Positions 16,665-27,384 of a stretch of 33,863 bases of DNA are shown here, in pieces. The position numbers and the translations under genes were made by a program. Location of the stretch: IMG/VR virus record IMGVR_UViG_3300011334_000184, positions 1 through 33,863 of that record; one strand, 5' to 3'. How positions within the stretch are numbered: position 1 is the stretch's first letter; the number at the start of each line of letters is the position of its first letter. The notes under the pieces are model-generated. The model saw nothing but the letters and a program-made list of their open reading frames with translations, searched no databases and was not told the origin of the DNA. The stretch is from a virus. Its lineage: Duplodnaviria; Caudoviricetes.

Positions 16665-17279
16665 ATGGCTTCTGGTGATTCTGGCTTATCAATTTGTTCT
16701 GACGCATTATTAATGCTAGGGGCGAAACCAATCTCATCCTTTACCGAGGGTACTGACGAAGCATCAATCTGTGACCGCCTATATCCAGACATTCGTGACC
16801 AAGCTCTAATGATTTATCCTTGGAGCTTTTCATTTAAGAAAACGCAACTAGCGCGTTTAGTCACTACTCCAGTCAATGAGTTTAAGTATGAATACCAAAT
16901 GCCAGCAGATAGGCTTGGCGCACCGCGTGCTGTGTATTCATCTAACGGAGTAAGTGAAGCACCAATTACGCAATATCGTATTATGGGCGCAAAGCTATTA
17001 ACTAACGAAGAAGCAATCTACGTTGATTATCAATACTATGTACAAGAGACTGAGATGCCAGTGTGGTTTGTTCAGCTTCTTAAGTATCTAGTCGCATGGC
17101 ACATCTCAATCCCAATTACTGACCAGACAGAGAAAGCTGCATATTGGCAAAGCGTAGCTGTAGGCTCGCCTGGTGAGAATGGTCGTGGTGGTTATATGCG
17201 TACAGCGATGAATATTGATGGTCAGAATCAACCAGCAAATAGTATTAAAGACTTCTCACTAATTTCTGTAAGAGGATAG
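16665..17279 (+). CDS. Tail tubular protein A / adaptor (T7 gp11-like)
   Basis: ICSDALLMLGAKPISSF...YP...PWSF motif. Confidence 0.85.
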   Translation: MASGDSGLSICSDALLMLGAKPISSFTEGTDEASICDRLYPDIRDQALMIYPWSFSFKKTQLARLVTTPVNEFKYEYQMPADRLGAPRAVYSSNGVSEAPITQYRIMGAKLLTNEEAIYVDYQYYVQETEMPVWFVQLLKYLVAWHISIPITDQTEKAAYWQSVAVGSPGENGRGGYMRTAMNIDGQNQPANSIKDFSLISVRG

Positions 17280-17282
17280 TAA

Positions 17283-19274
17283 ATGGCTCGTTTTGTTACA
17301 ATGCAAACGAACTTCACGGCTGGTGAGCTAGACCCTCTTATCCGCGCACGTAATGACTTAAAGTCATATGGCAATGCTTTAGAGAAAGCAACTAATGTTG
17401 TATGTCAGCCACAAGGCGGAATTACTCGTCGTGGTGGTACTCGTTATATTACTGCTCTACCGAATACTGGTACAGAGTCTGCTGGAAATGGCGTTCGTTT
17501 AGTGCCATTTGAGTTCTCTACATCAGATAGCTATATGCTTTGCTTTACGCATAATCGCATGTATATCTTTAAGGCTGGCTCATTAATTACAAATATTAAT
17601 GGAACAGGCAATCCTTATTTAGTAACAACGATTACATCAGCTATGCTCAATGAATTGTGCTGGACACAATCTGCTGATACATTGATTGCCGTGCATGAAA
17701 CTTTAGCTCCAGTAAAAATTGTACGTGGTGCAAATGATTCATCATGGACAGCAACTACTATTACATTTGATAGTACCGCTAAATATGCGTTTACTCTAGC
17801 TTATGCTAATCCAGCAGGAACATTAACACCATCTGCTGTAACGGGTAAGATTACACTTACTGCATCTGCAAGCACATTTAATGCTGGACATGTAGGTCAG
17901 TATATTAATGCTACGCCACAAGGTAGAGCAAAGATTGTGCAATATGTAAGTGCAACAGTAGTTAATGCTGTAACAGAATTTCCATTCTTTGATACGACTG
18001 CAATTGCTACAGGAAACTGGGAAATTGAAAGTGGGTATGAATCAGTTTGGTCAGCAACTAGAGGGTATCCTAGAACAGTAACTTTCCATCAAGGACGATT
18101 ATATTTTGGTGGTAGCAAAACTAGACCATCAACTATTTGGGGAAGTCGTGTAGGGCAATTCTTTGACTTTGAAGCGTCAGAAGGCTTTGCTGATGATGCT
18201 GTAGAAGCAACATTAGATACCAATACATTTAACGCGATTACTGATATTATTTCTGGTCGTGACTTACAAATCTTTACAACAGGCGGTGAGTTCTACGTTC
18301 CACAACAAGGCCTAGAGCCAATTACTCCTACATCATTCTTTGTAAATACAGCAGGGCGCAATGGAAGTAAGCCAGGCGTTCGTGTGCAATTGTTAGATGC
18401 GGGAACAATGTTTGTTCAACGCCAAGGCAAATCATTGAGTGAAGTAGCCTTTAGTGATACGCAACTTACGTACATTACTAGCAAAATTTCATTGTTATCA
18501 GGCCATTTGCTTAAAGGCCCAAAACGCATGGCATTGCGTAAGGCTGTTGATACAGATGAGAATGACTTGCTATTTATCGTTAATGGTACAGATGGAACAA
18601 TGGCTGCGTACTCATTGTTGCGAGTTGAAAATGTTATTGCTCCATCAGAGTTCATTACTAATGGTGGTGAGTTCTTAGATGTTGGTATTGATATTACTGA
18701 TATTTATAGCGTTGTTAAACGTACAATTAATGGTACTGTTCAATATTATGTAGAGAAGTTTGAAAATAACTTATTAACTGACTGTGCTAAAACAGGTGGA
18801 GCAGTATCATCATTATCAGCTTCGCATTTAGCTGCTAAGACTGTAAATCTTTTACTTGATGGGTTGGTTCAAGCTGACAAAGTTGTCGCGTCTGGTGGCT
18901 CTGTAACGCTTCCTAGAGCATCTACCACAAGCTATGAGGTAGGATTGCCTATTAGTGTTGAAGCTAGAACAATGCCTGTTGATATTAAGTTACAAACTGG
19001 TACACGAGTTGGCTTCAAGAAGCGGATTGTAGAAGTTAATGCGCTAGTGTTAGAAACTCAGCATATGAAGATTAATGGGATTGAGGTTCCATTTAGAGCA
19101 TTTGATACGGCTGGTATATTAGATACAGATGTTCCTGAGTTTACTGGCACTAAAACACTCAATGGTATTCTTGGTTATAGCAATGAAGCAAAGATTACAA
19201 TTACACAGACTTATCCTCTCAAGTTTACTTTACTTGGGATGGAGTATAAAGTAGCAGTACATCAAGGAACTTAA
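17283..19274 (+). CDS. Tail tubular protein B / nozzle (T7 gp12-like)
   Basis: QTNFTAGELDP, GGITRRGGT and GYPRTVTFHQGRLYFGG motifs. Confidence 0.9.
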   Translation: MARFVTMQTNFTAGELDPLIRARNDLKSYGNALEKATNVVCQPQGGITRRGGTRYITALPNTGTESAGNGVRLVPFEFSTSDSYMLCFTHNRMYIFKAGSLITNINGTGNPYLVTTITSAMLNELCWTQSADTLIAVHETLAPVKIVRGANDSSWTATTITFDSTAKYAFTLAYANPAGTLTPSAVTGKITLTASASTFNAGHVGQYINATPQGRAKIVQYVSATVVNAVTEFPFFDTTAIATGNWEIESGYESVWSATRGYPRTVTFHQGRLYFGGSKTRPSTIWGSRVGQFFDFEASEGFADDAVEATLDTNTFNAITDIISGRDLQIFTTGGEFYVPQQGLEPITPTSFFVNTAGRNGSKPGVRVQLLDAGTMFVQRQGKSLSEVAFSDTQLTYITSKISLLSGHLLKGPKRMALRKAVDTDENDLLFIVNGTDGTMAAYSLLRVENVIAPSEFITNGGEFLDVGIDITDIYSVVKRTINGTVQYYVEKFENNLLTDCAKTGGAVSSLSASHLAAKTVNLLLDGLVQADKVVASGGSVTLPRASTTSYEVGLPISVEARTMPVDIKLQTGTRVGFKKRIVEVNALVLETQHMKINGIEVPFRAFDTAGILDTDVPEFTGTKTLNGILGYSNEAKITITQTYPLKFTLLGMEYKVAVHQGT

Positions 19275-19276
19275 TT

Positions 19277-19846
19277 ATGACATGGGCAGCAGTCACAGCA
19301 GCAGTATCTACAGCAGCGCCATACATCGCAGCAGGGTCATCTTTATTGTCTGCGGTTGGCTCTATTCAACAAGGCAAGCAACAATCTGAGATGTATAAGT
19401 TGCAAGCGCAACAAGCTAAATTAAAGTCAGAGCGTGATGCGTTGCAATATGAACAACAAGCTAACTCTGTGTTAGATAGATTACTACAAACAAATGCAGC
19501 CGCAGCAGCAAAAGGATTTTCTGGTGGGGTATCAGGATTCTCTGGTTCCGCAGCATTAACTCAAAATGTTAATGAAAAGCGGGCTGGTAAAGATATTGGC
19601 GTGCTACAAGAAGGCGCTAAGACTGCACAGTCATTTGGTGATATTCAAGCAAGCATGTTGACGGAAGCTGCTGACCAAGCTATTACTGGCTCTTACTTTG
19701 ACGCATTTGCTAAGATTGGAACTGCTGCATATATGTATGGGCAAACAGCCCCAGGCACTACAGGGGCAAGCATAAAATCAAGTAATGTATCTTCTGGTGT
19801 CAGTTTGGCAAATCCTAAATTCTATACAAAAGGGATTAATTTCTAA
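19277..19846 (+). CDS. Internal virion (ejection) protein, gp14-like
   Basis: Ala/Gly/Gln-rich with hydrophobic N-terminus; follows the nozzle gene. Confidence 0.7.
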   Translation: MTWAAVTAAVSTAAPYIAAGSSLLSAVGSIQQGKQQSEMYKLQAQQAKLKSERDALQYEQQANSVLDRLLQTNAAAAAKGFSGGVSGFSGSAALTQNVNEKRAGKDIGVLQEGAKTAQSFGDIQASMLTEAADQAITGSYFDAFAKIGTAAYMYGQTAPGTTGASIKSSNVSSGVSLANPKFYTKGINF

Positions 19847-21567
19847 TGGCTGATTTACCAAGATACCAACAAACAGGCCGTGTCTTTGCTGATGTTCCAC
19901 AGCTAGACTTTGCTAATGTTCGTGAGAGCTTTAAAGCATCTCAAAGCATGTCTAGTGCGCTAGATAAGCTATCTGATTTTGCTGGGAAGTATGCAGAGAA
20001 AAAAGTAGAAGAAGATGCTGTTAAATGGGCAGTAGAAAATCCATATACATTAGAGCAAGCTCAAGCTGCAAATGAGGCTGGGCTAACAATGGATGATGTT
20101 GTTAAATCATCTGGCGGTGGCGTTGTTTGGCAAAACACTATTCGTAAAATTCAAGGCGAACAATTACGTATTGAGCTTGAAGGCTTGTCTAAAGTACAGT
20201 TAGCAGGGTTGCAAAAGCAAATTGATTTGCGTCAAATTACTGACCCATCTGAAATTGCTGATAAGATTAATTCTATTGGCACTGGTTTATTTGCGCCATT
20301 AAAAACATTAAACCCAGAGTCTTATGTAAAAGGTAAGAACGCATTTGGTTTACATGCTTCATCATTGTATAACGATGCTGTTAAAAAGAGTGTTGAGCAG
20401 GCTAAAGAAACTGCTTTGTTTAATGCAGAAGCAAATTTATCAAGTCAGACAGAGTTGGATAAGCTGGCTATTGATGCAGCATCATCATATCAATCATTGT
20501 TAGCAACCAAAGAGTTAGGTGCTCAACGCGTGTTTGAGTCATTTGCTCAAGCAGATGTTAAAATTGCTAGAGTGCAAGCCGATAAATATCGCACAGGGTT
20601 TGATAATTTAATTGTTAATTCATTTGTAAAGTATACTTCTACTGGAGATAAAGCAAAGGATTTTGCTGTAATTAATCGTATGGTAGAAGGTGATTTTGGC
20701 GATGAAAAAATGAACGCTAAATATGCTTCGCTTGATTATGAACTACAAGACAAAATTCGCAAAGCAGCGTTGGATAGACGTAACGATAATTTTAATGCAG
20801 CCAAACAACAAGAGCAAGCTGACCAGTTTGAAAACAGAGTTAAGATTAGACAAGATAAAGAAAAGTTATTGGCTGGAGATTTGCCATACAATGAAGCTAT
20901 TAGTTTAGCAACAAGCATGCACAGCAAAGGGTATATTGACGATTCATTATTCAAAACAATTACCAATCCGTCAGAAGGTGATGGCAATGCTGAATTGCTT
21001 GGTAAGGTTCAATATAATATTGCAATGGGCGTCTATAAAACTCCATACGATGTGCCAGACTCAGACTATGCTATGCTTAATAAACAACAGCGTAAATCTG
21101 TATGGTCATTCTCTGCTAATAAACAATTGCAAGAAAATATTAAAGGCGTTAATGCAGCAGTTTCAGACATTACTGGCGGTAAAATTGATAGCGGCAAATA
21201 TGCAACTATTACAAAAATATCTGAAATTGCACAAAGAAAAACAACGGAAGCTCTTAATGCTGGAAAATCTGTTGATATGGCAAAGATTAATCAAGAGGCT
21301 ATTATTGAAGTTCAATCAGATATTAAAGTGCAAAGTTTAATCAGCGAACAAAAAAGTGCTTATGATAGAATCCTTAGGATTTCTGCTGTTGCAAAAAATA
21401 GCGATAAATTTGATATTAGAAATGTAGAGTCATTTATTAATATATATGGTAGCGAGCTTGATGATGAAGATAAGAAAACATTAAGACAACAAGCATTGAA
21501 GTTTAATGGATATATTAATAACACATTAAAATCATGGAAAGACTTTTCATCAAATGCCTCAAAATAA
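19846..21567 (+). CDS. Internal virion protein, gp15-like
   Basis: 573 aa, helical, MADLPRYQ start; assigned by synteny. Confidence 0.6.
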   Translation: MADLPRYQQTGRVFADVPQLDFANVRESFKASQSMSSALDKLSDFAGKYAEKKVEEDAVKWAVENPYTLEQAQAANEAGLTMDDVVKSSGGGVVWQNTIRKIQGEQLRIELEGLSKVQLAGLQKQIDLRQITDPSEIADKINSIGTGLFAPLKTLNPESYVKGKNAFGLHASSLYNDAVKKSVEQAKETALFNAEANLSSQTELDKLAIDAASSYQSLLATKELGAQRVFESFAQADVKIARVQADKYRTGFDNLIVNSFVKYTSTGDKAKDFAVINRMVEGDFGDEKMNAKYASLDYELQDKIRKAALDRRNDNFNAAKQQEQADQFENRVKIRQDKEKLLAGDLPYNEAISLATSMHSKGYIDDSLFKTITNPSEGDGNAELLGKVQYNIAMGVYKTPYDVPDSDYAMLNKQQRKSVWSFSANKQLQENIKGVNAAVSDITGGKIDSGKYATITKISEIAQRKTTEALNAGKSVDMAKINQEAIIEVQSDIKVQSLISEQKSAYDRILRISAVAKNSDKFDIRNVESFINIYGSELDDEDKKTLRQQALKFNGYINNTLKSWKDFSSNASK

Positions 21568-22123
21568 TATTGTTACATTCGATGATGTACATTCAGACGC
21601 TTATGATAAATATATCTATGATGCGTATACATCTAAGGCCCCGTCAAAACTTGACGTAGGCGGAGTTATTGGCGAGGTTCCATCTGATATTCCAGTTGAT
21701 GAGAATACAGCAATGCACCCTATTGGTTCAAAAGCTCAAGAGGCTTATGGCTTAGTTAAAGGCGGAGTCCAAAGTGAACTTGCTTTGCCTAACTTCTTTG
21801 AAGGTTTAGCTAGAGGTATTTTTAAAGCTGTTAAAAATCCAGAAGACCAAGGAAGAATTAAATCTTTCTTAGAAGGCATGGATGAAGCAAAATGGCCTGA
21901 TATTAAACAATGGAAAACAATCTTGAAAGAAATTGGCGTTCCTGATGTTGCTGCAACGAAATCAGCAGAGCTTATGGAAGGCATTGGTGAAGCTGTTGCG
22001 CCAGGCGCAGGAATATCAATAGCTGGAAAGCTTGGTTCAAAAGCTATTAAAAAAGTAGGGAAAACAAAAGCATCAGTATCAGTTGGTACAGCTACAATTG
22101 CTGGCGAAGAAAAGGCTAAATAA
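21554..22123 (+). CDS. Hypothetical virion protein
   Basis: 189 aa, translationally coupled on both sides within the ejection-protein block. Confidence 0.6.
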   Translation: MPQNNIVTFDDVHSDAYDKYIYDAYTSKAPSKLDVGGVIGEVPSDIPVDENTAMHPIGSKAQEAYGLVKGGVQSELALPNFFEGLARGIFKAVKNPEDQGRIKSFLEGMDEAKWPDIKQWKTILKEIGVPDVAATKSAELMEGIGEAVAPGAGISIAGKLGSKAIKKVGKTKASVSVGTATIAGEEKAK

Positions 22124-25100
22124 TGATTGATTTAAACGCAAGTCTTGACAAGTTATCAAATGCAGCAAACTTACCAGATAAGCAAGAGGTCTTGCCTGCT
22201 GATGAAGTAGCGCCATTTATTGAGAAGCCAGCTCAAGACTCAAGCACATTTACTGGTGAGAGCGAGATGGTTGCTATTGCACCAAAAGAAATTGTGCGGG
22301 GGGTTGTTGATGTTGCTCAAGGACTTTTCAGTAAAGGCAAAAAGATTACAAAAGAAACTGATGCTCAGCCTAAAATAGTTGAGCCGACTAATGCTCCGCT
22401 TACAATTGAAAAGAAAAAGCCAATTACTAAGGCGCAGCAAAAAGAAATTACTAAGATTCAAGATGAAGCATCAAAAGAATCAATTATTACTACAGAAGAT
22501 TTAAAAACAATTTCTGAGAAAAATGCTGAAAAAGCTACTGTTGCAGAAGAAGTTAGAAAGTTAGATGAAGCAGAAGGAGTTGTTCCGCCAAAAAGAGCTG
22601 TTGATAACTTTGGTCAGAGTGTTAATTCATTAGATGATTTATCAGAAAGCAATCTTGAAGACTTAATCTTAAAGTCTATTGATATTAATAAGACTCCTCA
22701 AACGCATGATGAATTAATTAAGATGGCAGAAGCCTCTGGTTTTGATGGCGCGTTCTTACGTCAATTACGTGAAGGTACAAACTTTAGCGAGACAACAGCT
22801 AAGAGTATTGCGTTAGCAAATGAATCGCTTGTTAAAATTAAAGAGTTAGCTCTAAATAGTATTGGTAAAGAAAAGACATCGACCGAGTATTTAGATACTG
22901 TTCGTGAAATGCAAACATATAAGTACCTTCTTAATAAAGCCTATGGCATTAGACAAGATGGCGGTAGAGCATTGAACGCATGGAAAATTAAAGGCGACTC
23001 TATCAATATTAAAAATGATATTGAATCAATCATTAAAAGTGGTGAACTTGATGACACTATGAAAATGATGTTAAATGATTCCCTATCTGACGCTCAACGT
23101 GCAGGGATTATCAAAGCATCATTAGCTCCAAATGGCTGGGCTAAAGCCAAGCTATTATATTCTGCTGGTATCCTTGGCAGGTTTGGTACACAAGCAAAGA
23201 TGATTACTGGTGAACTTGGCAATGCTTTAGTTGTTGAGCCTATTGTTCGTGGTGGTGCAGCTACATCTTGGTATGCAACATATCCAGTTAAAAAGATGCT
23301 TGGTATGGATACAGGCGAGCGATACATGTATAGCGAAATGTTTGCTATGTATAAAAGCTTGCCAATTGCATTTTCTGATGGATGGCAGTTTGCAAAAGAA
23401 GCATGGGCTACAGGCAGAGTGGCTGGGAGTTCTTTAGTTGATGTAGATAAAGCTGCATTTGATGTATTAAGCTATGAAACAAATGATAAGTTTTTAAATG
23501 CTGGCATTAAGGCAGTAAACTTATTGGCTTCTTACGGCCCTAAAACACTTGTTGCTGGCGGTGATTTCTTTAAAGGCGTTCACTATCGGATGCGTATTGA
23601 GGCCGAGGCAACTAGAAAAGAACTTGAAGCCTATGCTTCTGCTATTGATGCTAATGCAAGTCATAATGATGCACAGCTAATTGCAGCTAATGCAAAACAA
23701 ATGATTTATGATAATCCACCAGACGCATTATTTGATGAGGCAAAAAAGATTGTTCTTGAAGAGCCATTGCCAAATGTATTGCAAGGGTTGGAAACATACG
23801 CAAGACGCGACGACGCAGTTGGCTTAATTGCTAAGTTTACATTTACATTCTCCAAAACAAGCATTAATGAATTTAAACGATTGATTGAACATACTCCACT
23901 TGGAGCTGTTTCCCCATCTTATAAATTTATGAAGTCAACATTTAATGGAAGCCTTGCTCAAGACTTACAATCATTTGATGCTAAAAAAGTTGACATGGCC
24001 GTTGCAAAAATGGGCGTTGGCACGATGGCAATGACTGCTGGAGTTTATGCTGGCATGAATGATAGGCTGACTGGTGACGGCCCAACAGATAAAAAGTTGC
24101 GTGATGCAATGACAAACCAAGGATGGCAACCAACAAGTTTAGTTTTCAATATTGCTGATGCAACTCCAGAGCAAATGAACAAGTGGAAAAGTATTCCATT
24201 AACTACTTTAGGTACTGGGGACTACAAAGGAAAAATCTTTGTTTCTTATGCTGGTACAGGATTAATTGGCTCATGGCTAACAATGTCTGCAAATATTGCA
24301 GATTATATGAGATATGAAAAAGATTTAGGCGCGATTAAGAATGTAGTATATGGCGCAAGCATGGGATTAGCTGGGGCAATTAGAGATACATCTTATGTAA
24401 ATGGTATTGCTAATGCGGTTAAGTTGTGGCAAATGAATAACTTTACTGATGATGCTTCTGCTGTAGATAAAGTAATTGAAGGGCTGGTTGCTTCTGGAGC
24501 AAAGAATGTTGAAAACATGGTTCCTGGCATTGGTATTTTAAGGACTGCTAGACAGTTTACCGACCCTAAAGTTAGAGATATTAAGCCAGATGCAACAGAA
24601 GATAGCCCAGAAATGAGAGGGTTAAATGAAGCATGGAATGAATTTAAGAATAGCGTTCCAGGACTAAGTAAAACATTGCCATCTAAGATTAATATGTGGG
24701 GAGAACCTGTCTCTCACGAATATCCTGGGCTTCCATATAGAGCATCTAAAGGGAAACAGCGGCTTGCTGACAAAATGATTATTCAGACAAGTGCAGATGT
24801 TGCATTGCCTCAATCATTTATCACTGAGGAGTTTGAATTTGATACGCTTACTATTGATAATACTGGCACGCCAAATAAATTAAAAACTCCTGTTACTATT
24901 AAATTAACTAATGAAGAATATAAAGAGCTAGTATCTATTGCAAATGTCAAATATAATCTTGAAGGTGAAATTGAAAAGCTACAGAATAATTTAGAAAAAT
25001 ACAACAAAATATATGCGGCTGATGTTCCTAATCTTTCTCAAGAACAAATCAATAGAAGAAATGTTAAAGTGATTGAAAGTTTAAAGAATGACATTGAACA

Positions 25101-25242
25101 TAAAGTAAGTGAAATATATGAAAAATCGAGAGATGACTTATATACTAATAGCGATTATAGTTCAGAGTTAAAAGATAGAGCAGCCGCAGAAGCAGAAAGC
25201 AAAATGGCTAAATATAAATTTCCAGTAAGGGGCACTAAATAA
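22123..25242 (+). CDS. Large internal virion (ejection) protein, gp16-like
   Basis: 1039 aa, hydrophobic segments, LTGDGP.D..LR....QGWQP.S motif; precedes the tail fibre. Confidence 0.7.
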   Translation: MIDLNASLDKLSNAANLPDKQEVLPADEVAPFIEKPAQDSSTFTGESEMVAIAPKEIVRGVVDVAQGLFSKGKKITKETDAQPKIVEPTNAPLTIEKKKPITKAQQKEITKIQDEASKESIITTEDLKTISEKNAEKATVAEEVRKLDEAEGVVPPKRAVDNFGQSVNSLDDLSESNLEDLILKSIDINKTPQTHDELIKMAEASGFDGAFLRQLREGTNFSETTAKSIALANESLVKIKELALNSIGKEKTSTEYLDTVREMQTYKYLLNKAYGIRQDGGRALNAWKIKGDSINIKNDIESIIKSGELDDTMKMMLNDSLSDAQRAGIIKASLAPNGWAKAKLLYSAGILGRFGTQAKMITGELGNALVVEPIVRGGAATSWYATYPVKKMLGMDTGERYMYSEMFAMYKSLPIAFSDGWQFAKEAWATGRVAGSSLVDVDKAAFDVLSYETNDKFLNAGIKAVNLLASYGPKTLVAGGDFFKGVHYRMRIEAEATRKELEAYASAIDANASHNDAQLIAANAKQMIYDNPPDALFDEAKKIVLEEPLPNVLQGLETYARRDDAVGLIAKFTFTFSKTSINEFKRLIEHTPLGAVSPSYKFMKSTFNGSLAQDLQSFDAKKVDMAVAKMGVGTMAMTAGVYAGMNDRLTGDGPTDKKLRDAMTNQGWQPTSLVFNIADATPEQMNKWKSIPLTTLGTGDYKGKIFVSYAGTGLIGSWLTMSANIADYMRYEKDLGAIKNVVYGASMGLAGAIRDTSYVNGIANAVKLWQMNNFTDDASAVDKVIEGLVASGAKNVENMVPGIGILRTARQFTDPKVRDIKPDATEDSPEMRGLNEAWNEFKNSVPGLSKTLPSKINMWGEPVSHEYPGLPYRASKGKQRLADKMIIQTSADVALPQSFITEEFEFDTLTIDNTGTPNKLKTPVTIKLTNEEYKELVSIANVKYNLEGEIEKLQNNLEKYNKIYAADVPNLSQEQINRRNVKVIESLKNDIEHKVSEIYEKSRDDLYTNSDYSSELKDRAAAEAESKMAKYKFPVRGTK

Positions 25243-26534
25243 TGGCAGATTATCCAATTAGTAACGTAGCAAGACGTATAGTCTACACAGGCTCTGCTGG
25301 TGTTGGCCCTTACGCCTTTCCATTTGAAGTGCTGACTAACACAGACATTAACGTATATAAGAATGATACGTTACTAACTCTGACAACTAATTATTCAGTT
25401 ACGATTAGTCCCACTTTGGGAACAGGCTCAATTACCTTAGTAAGCGCAGCTACAAGCTCAGACCGTATCACTATCGTTGGCGCTAGAGCCGTACAGCGTA
25501 CAACAGACTTTACGACTGGTGGAGACTTCTTTGCTAACACATTAAATGATGAGATGGATTCACAGACAATCCTTACTCAGCAGATAGCAGAAACAGCAGA
25601 GCGTTCTATCAAGGCCCCTGTAACCGACCCTACTAATATCAACATGACGTTGCCAAAGAATACTGACCGTGCTGGCAAGTTCTTGGGGTTTGATGTAAAT
25701 GGCAATCCTGTGGCTGTTGAAGGAACAGGCGAAACTCCTAGTGTGCAAAATATGGCATATCAAACTTCTAACAATGTAAACATTAGTGGCGGTGTAATTA
25801 CTGGCATTACTGATTTAGCTGTTGCAGATGGCGGAACTGGCTCATCAACTGCATCAGGTGCTAGAACTAATCTTGGACTTGGTACTGTAGCTACAGAAAA
25901 TATAGTTCCTATCGCTAAAGGCGGAACAAATAATAATTCATTAGCTGTCAGTCCAGGCGGTGTTCTTTATACTGACGGCACAAAAGTAGTCAACGTAGGA
26001 ACTGGCACAAGTGGTCAAGTTTTAACATCTGCTGGCGCAAGCGCACCTAGTTGGATTAACACTAATCCACTTACATCTGGAACAGTAGTAGCAGTTTCTG
26101 GAACTAGCATTGACTTTACGTCTATCCCTTCATGGGTTAAGCGTGTTACTGTAATGTTTAATGGAATAAGCACAAATGGATTTTCAATTCCATTAATTCA
26201 AGTAGGTGCTGGTTCTGTAACAACAAGTGGATATTTAGGAGCGGCTACAGCTTATGCTGGCGGTTCTACTGGTTCAGCAGCAAACTTTACAACTGGCTTT
26301 GCAATTGGTAATTTTAACTCAGCAGCTAACATTAGACATGGCGCATTAATATTAAATAATATATCTGGAAATATTTGGTCTTGTAACGGAACTATAGCAT
26401 TAAGCGATAGTGCTGGGGCAGGTTCATCAGCAGGAACTATATCACTTGCAGGAACTCTTGATAGGGTTCGCATTACTACAGTAAACGGCACAGACACATT
26501 CGATGCTGGCTCTATTAACATTTTGTACGAATAG
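25242..26534 (+). CDS. Tail fibre protein
   Basis: T7 gp17-like N-terminal adaptor (YAFPFEV...LNDEMD), LAVADGGTG/ARTNLGL repeats, C-terminal beta domain. Confidence 0.9.
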   Translation: MADYPISNVARRIVYTGSAGVGPYAFPFEVLTNTDINVYKNDTLLTLTTNYSVTISPTLGTGSITLVSAATSSDRITIVGARAVQRTTDFTTGGDFFANTLNDEMDSQTILTQQIAETAERSIKAPVTDPTNINMTLPKNTDRAGKFLGFDVNGNPVAVEGTGETPSVQNMAYQTSNNVNISGGVITGITDLAVADGGTGSSTASGARTNLGLGTVATENIVPIAKGGTNNNSLAVSPGGVLYTDGTKVVNVGTGTSGQVLTSAGASAPSWINTNPLTSGTVVAVSGTSIDFTSIPSWVKRVTVMFNGISTNGFSIPLIQVGAGSVTTSGYLGAATAYAGGSTGSAANFTTGFAIGNFNSAANIRHGALILNNISGNIWSCNGTIALSDSAGAGSSAGTISLAGTLDRVRITTVNGTDTFDAGSINILYE

Positions 26535-26543
26535 GATATAGAT

Positions 26544-26708
26544 ATGAGAATTGAAATGAATTTAGAAACTGGTGAAATTACAGAGCATGAAGATGCGCCT
26601 GTGACGTGGGAAGTTCCTGTTGAAGTGACGCCTGAGCCACCAACAAAGAATCAATTACTAGCCGAACTAGAATTATTAACAGCCAAGATACAAGCACTAG
26701 GAAACTAA
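26544..26708 (+). CDS. Small acidic protein (54 aa, MRIEMNLETGEITE...), possible fibre chaperone; not in ORF track
   Basis: SD AGGA, fills the gap after the tail fibre, C-terminal coiled coil. Confidence 0.7.
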   Translation: MRIEMNLETGEITEHEDAPVTWEVPVEVTPEPPTKNQLLAELELLTAKIQALGN

Positions 26709-26711
26709 CAA

Positions 26712-26972
26712 ATGGACGACCAAACAACACGACTAAATCGTATTGAGGAAAAGCTAGACAAGGTTGGCGAAGCTATCATCTCCCTTGCCCGTATGGAAGA
26801 ACGCATGGTAACTTTGTTTAGCCGTATGGATAACTACGATAAACGTCAGACAGTCATGGAAGAACGTGTCTCTAAGATTGAAGTCAACTCCGCATCTAGT
26901 GCATGGGTAGAGCGAGTTGTTTGGCTAATCGTTGGTGGCTTAATTATGGGGACAATCTACTTTGGTAAATAG
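26712..26972 (+). CDS. Coiled-coil plus C-terminal TM protein (XhlA/holin-like)
   Basis: RLNRIEEKLDK coiled coil with a single C-terminal TM, upstream of the endolysin. Confidence 0.6.
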   Translation: MDDQTTRLNRIEEKLDKVGEAIISLARMEERMVTLFSRMDNYDKRQTVMEERVSKIEVNSASSAWVERVVWLIVGGLIMGTIYFGK

Positions 26973-27375
26973 TCGTTCACTAGATGAGCTTCATCCTAAA
27001 GTCAAAGAGCTTTGCGAGAAGTTTATTCACGCCTGCTCTACGCAAGGGATTGATGTCATTATCACTTCTACTTATCGTGATGGGGAAAGTCAAAATGCTA
27101 TCTATGCTCAAGGCCGTACTACTGCGGGCAAGATTGTTACCAATGCAAGAGCTGGTCAGTCTTATCATAATTTTCGTTGCGCTTTTGATTTTGTTCCCAT
27201 TGTAAATGGCAAAGCTCAATGGTCAGACTTAAACTTGTTTGAGAAGTGTGGCAAGATTGCAGAGATATGTGGGCTAGAATGGGCAGGGCGTTGGACTAAG
27301 TTCCGAGAGTATGCTCATTGCCAGTATACAGGCGGATTAACTTTGTACGACTTACAATCAGGCAGAACGTTTTAA
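26962..27375 (+). CDS. Endolysin, peptidase M15 (L-Ala-D-Glu peptidase-like)
   Basis: ITSTYR...Q..IYAQGRT..G.IVTNA..GQSYHN...AFD...LEWAG.W..F.E..H motif set. Confidence 0.9.
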   Translation: MVNSRSLDELHPKVKELCEKFIHACSTQGIDVIITSTYRDGESQNAIYAQGRTTAGKIVTNARAGQSYHNFRCAFDFVPIVNGKAQWSDLNLFEKCGKIAEICGLEWAGRWTKFREYAHCQYTGGLTLYDLQSGRTF

Positions 27376-27384
27376 GGAGTAATT

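Noticed and set aside
16604-16792. Minus-strand 62-aa ORF after the decoration gene
   Set aside because: Overlaps the terminator and runs antisense to tail tubular protein A.
6461-25007. Many antisense or alternative-frame ORFs (e.g. 6461..6787, 8059..8382, 11825..12259, 14721..15152, 20936..21340)
   Set aside because: Shadows of well-supported genes, with no SD or recognisable motif; unlike 1787..2266 they have no family precedent.
25242-26534. Diversity-generating retroelement as in BPP-1
   Set aside because: No reverse transcriptase ORF and no second (template) copy of the fibre 3' end seen; the array inserts are not adenine-specific variants.
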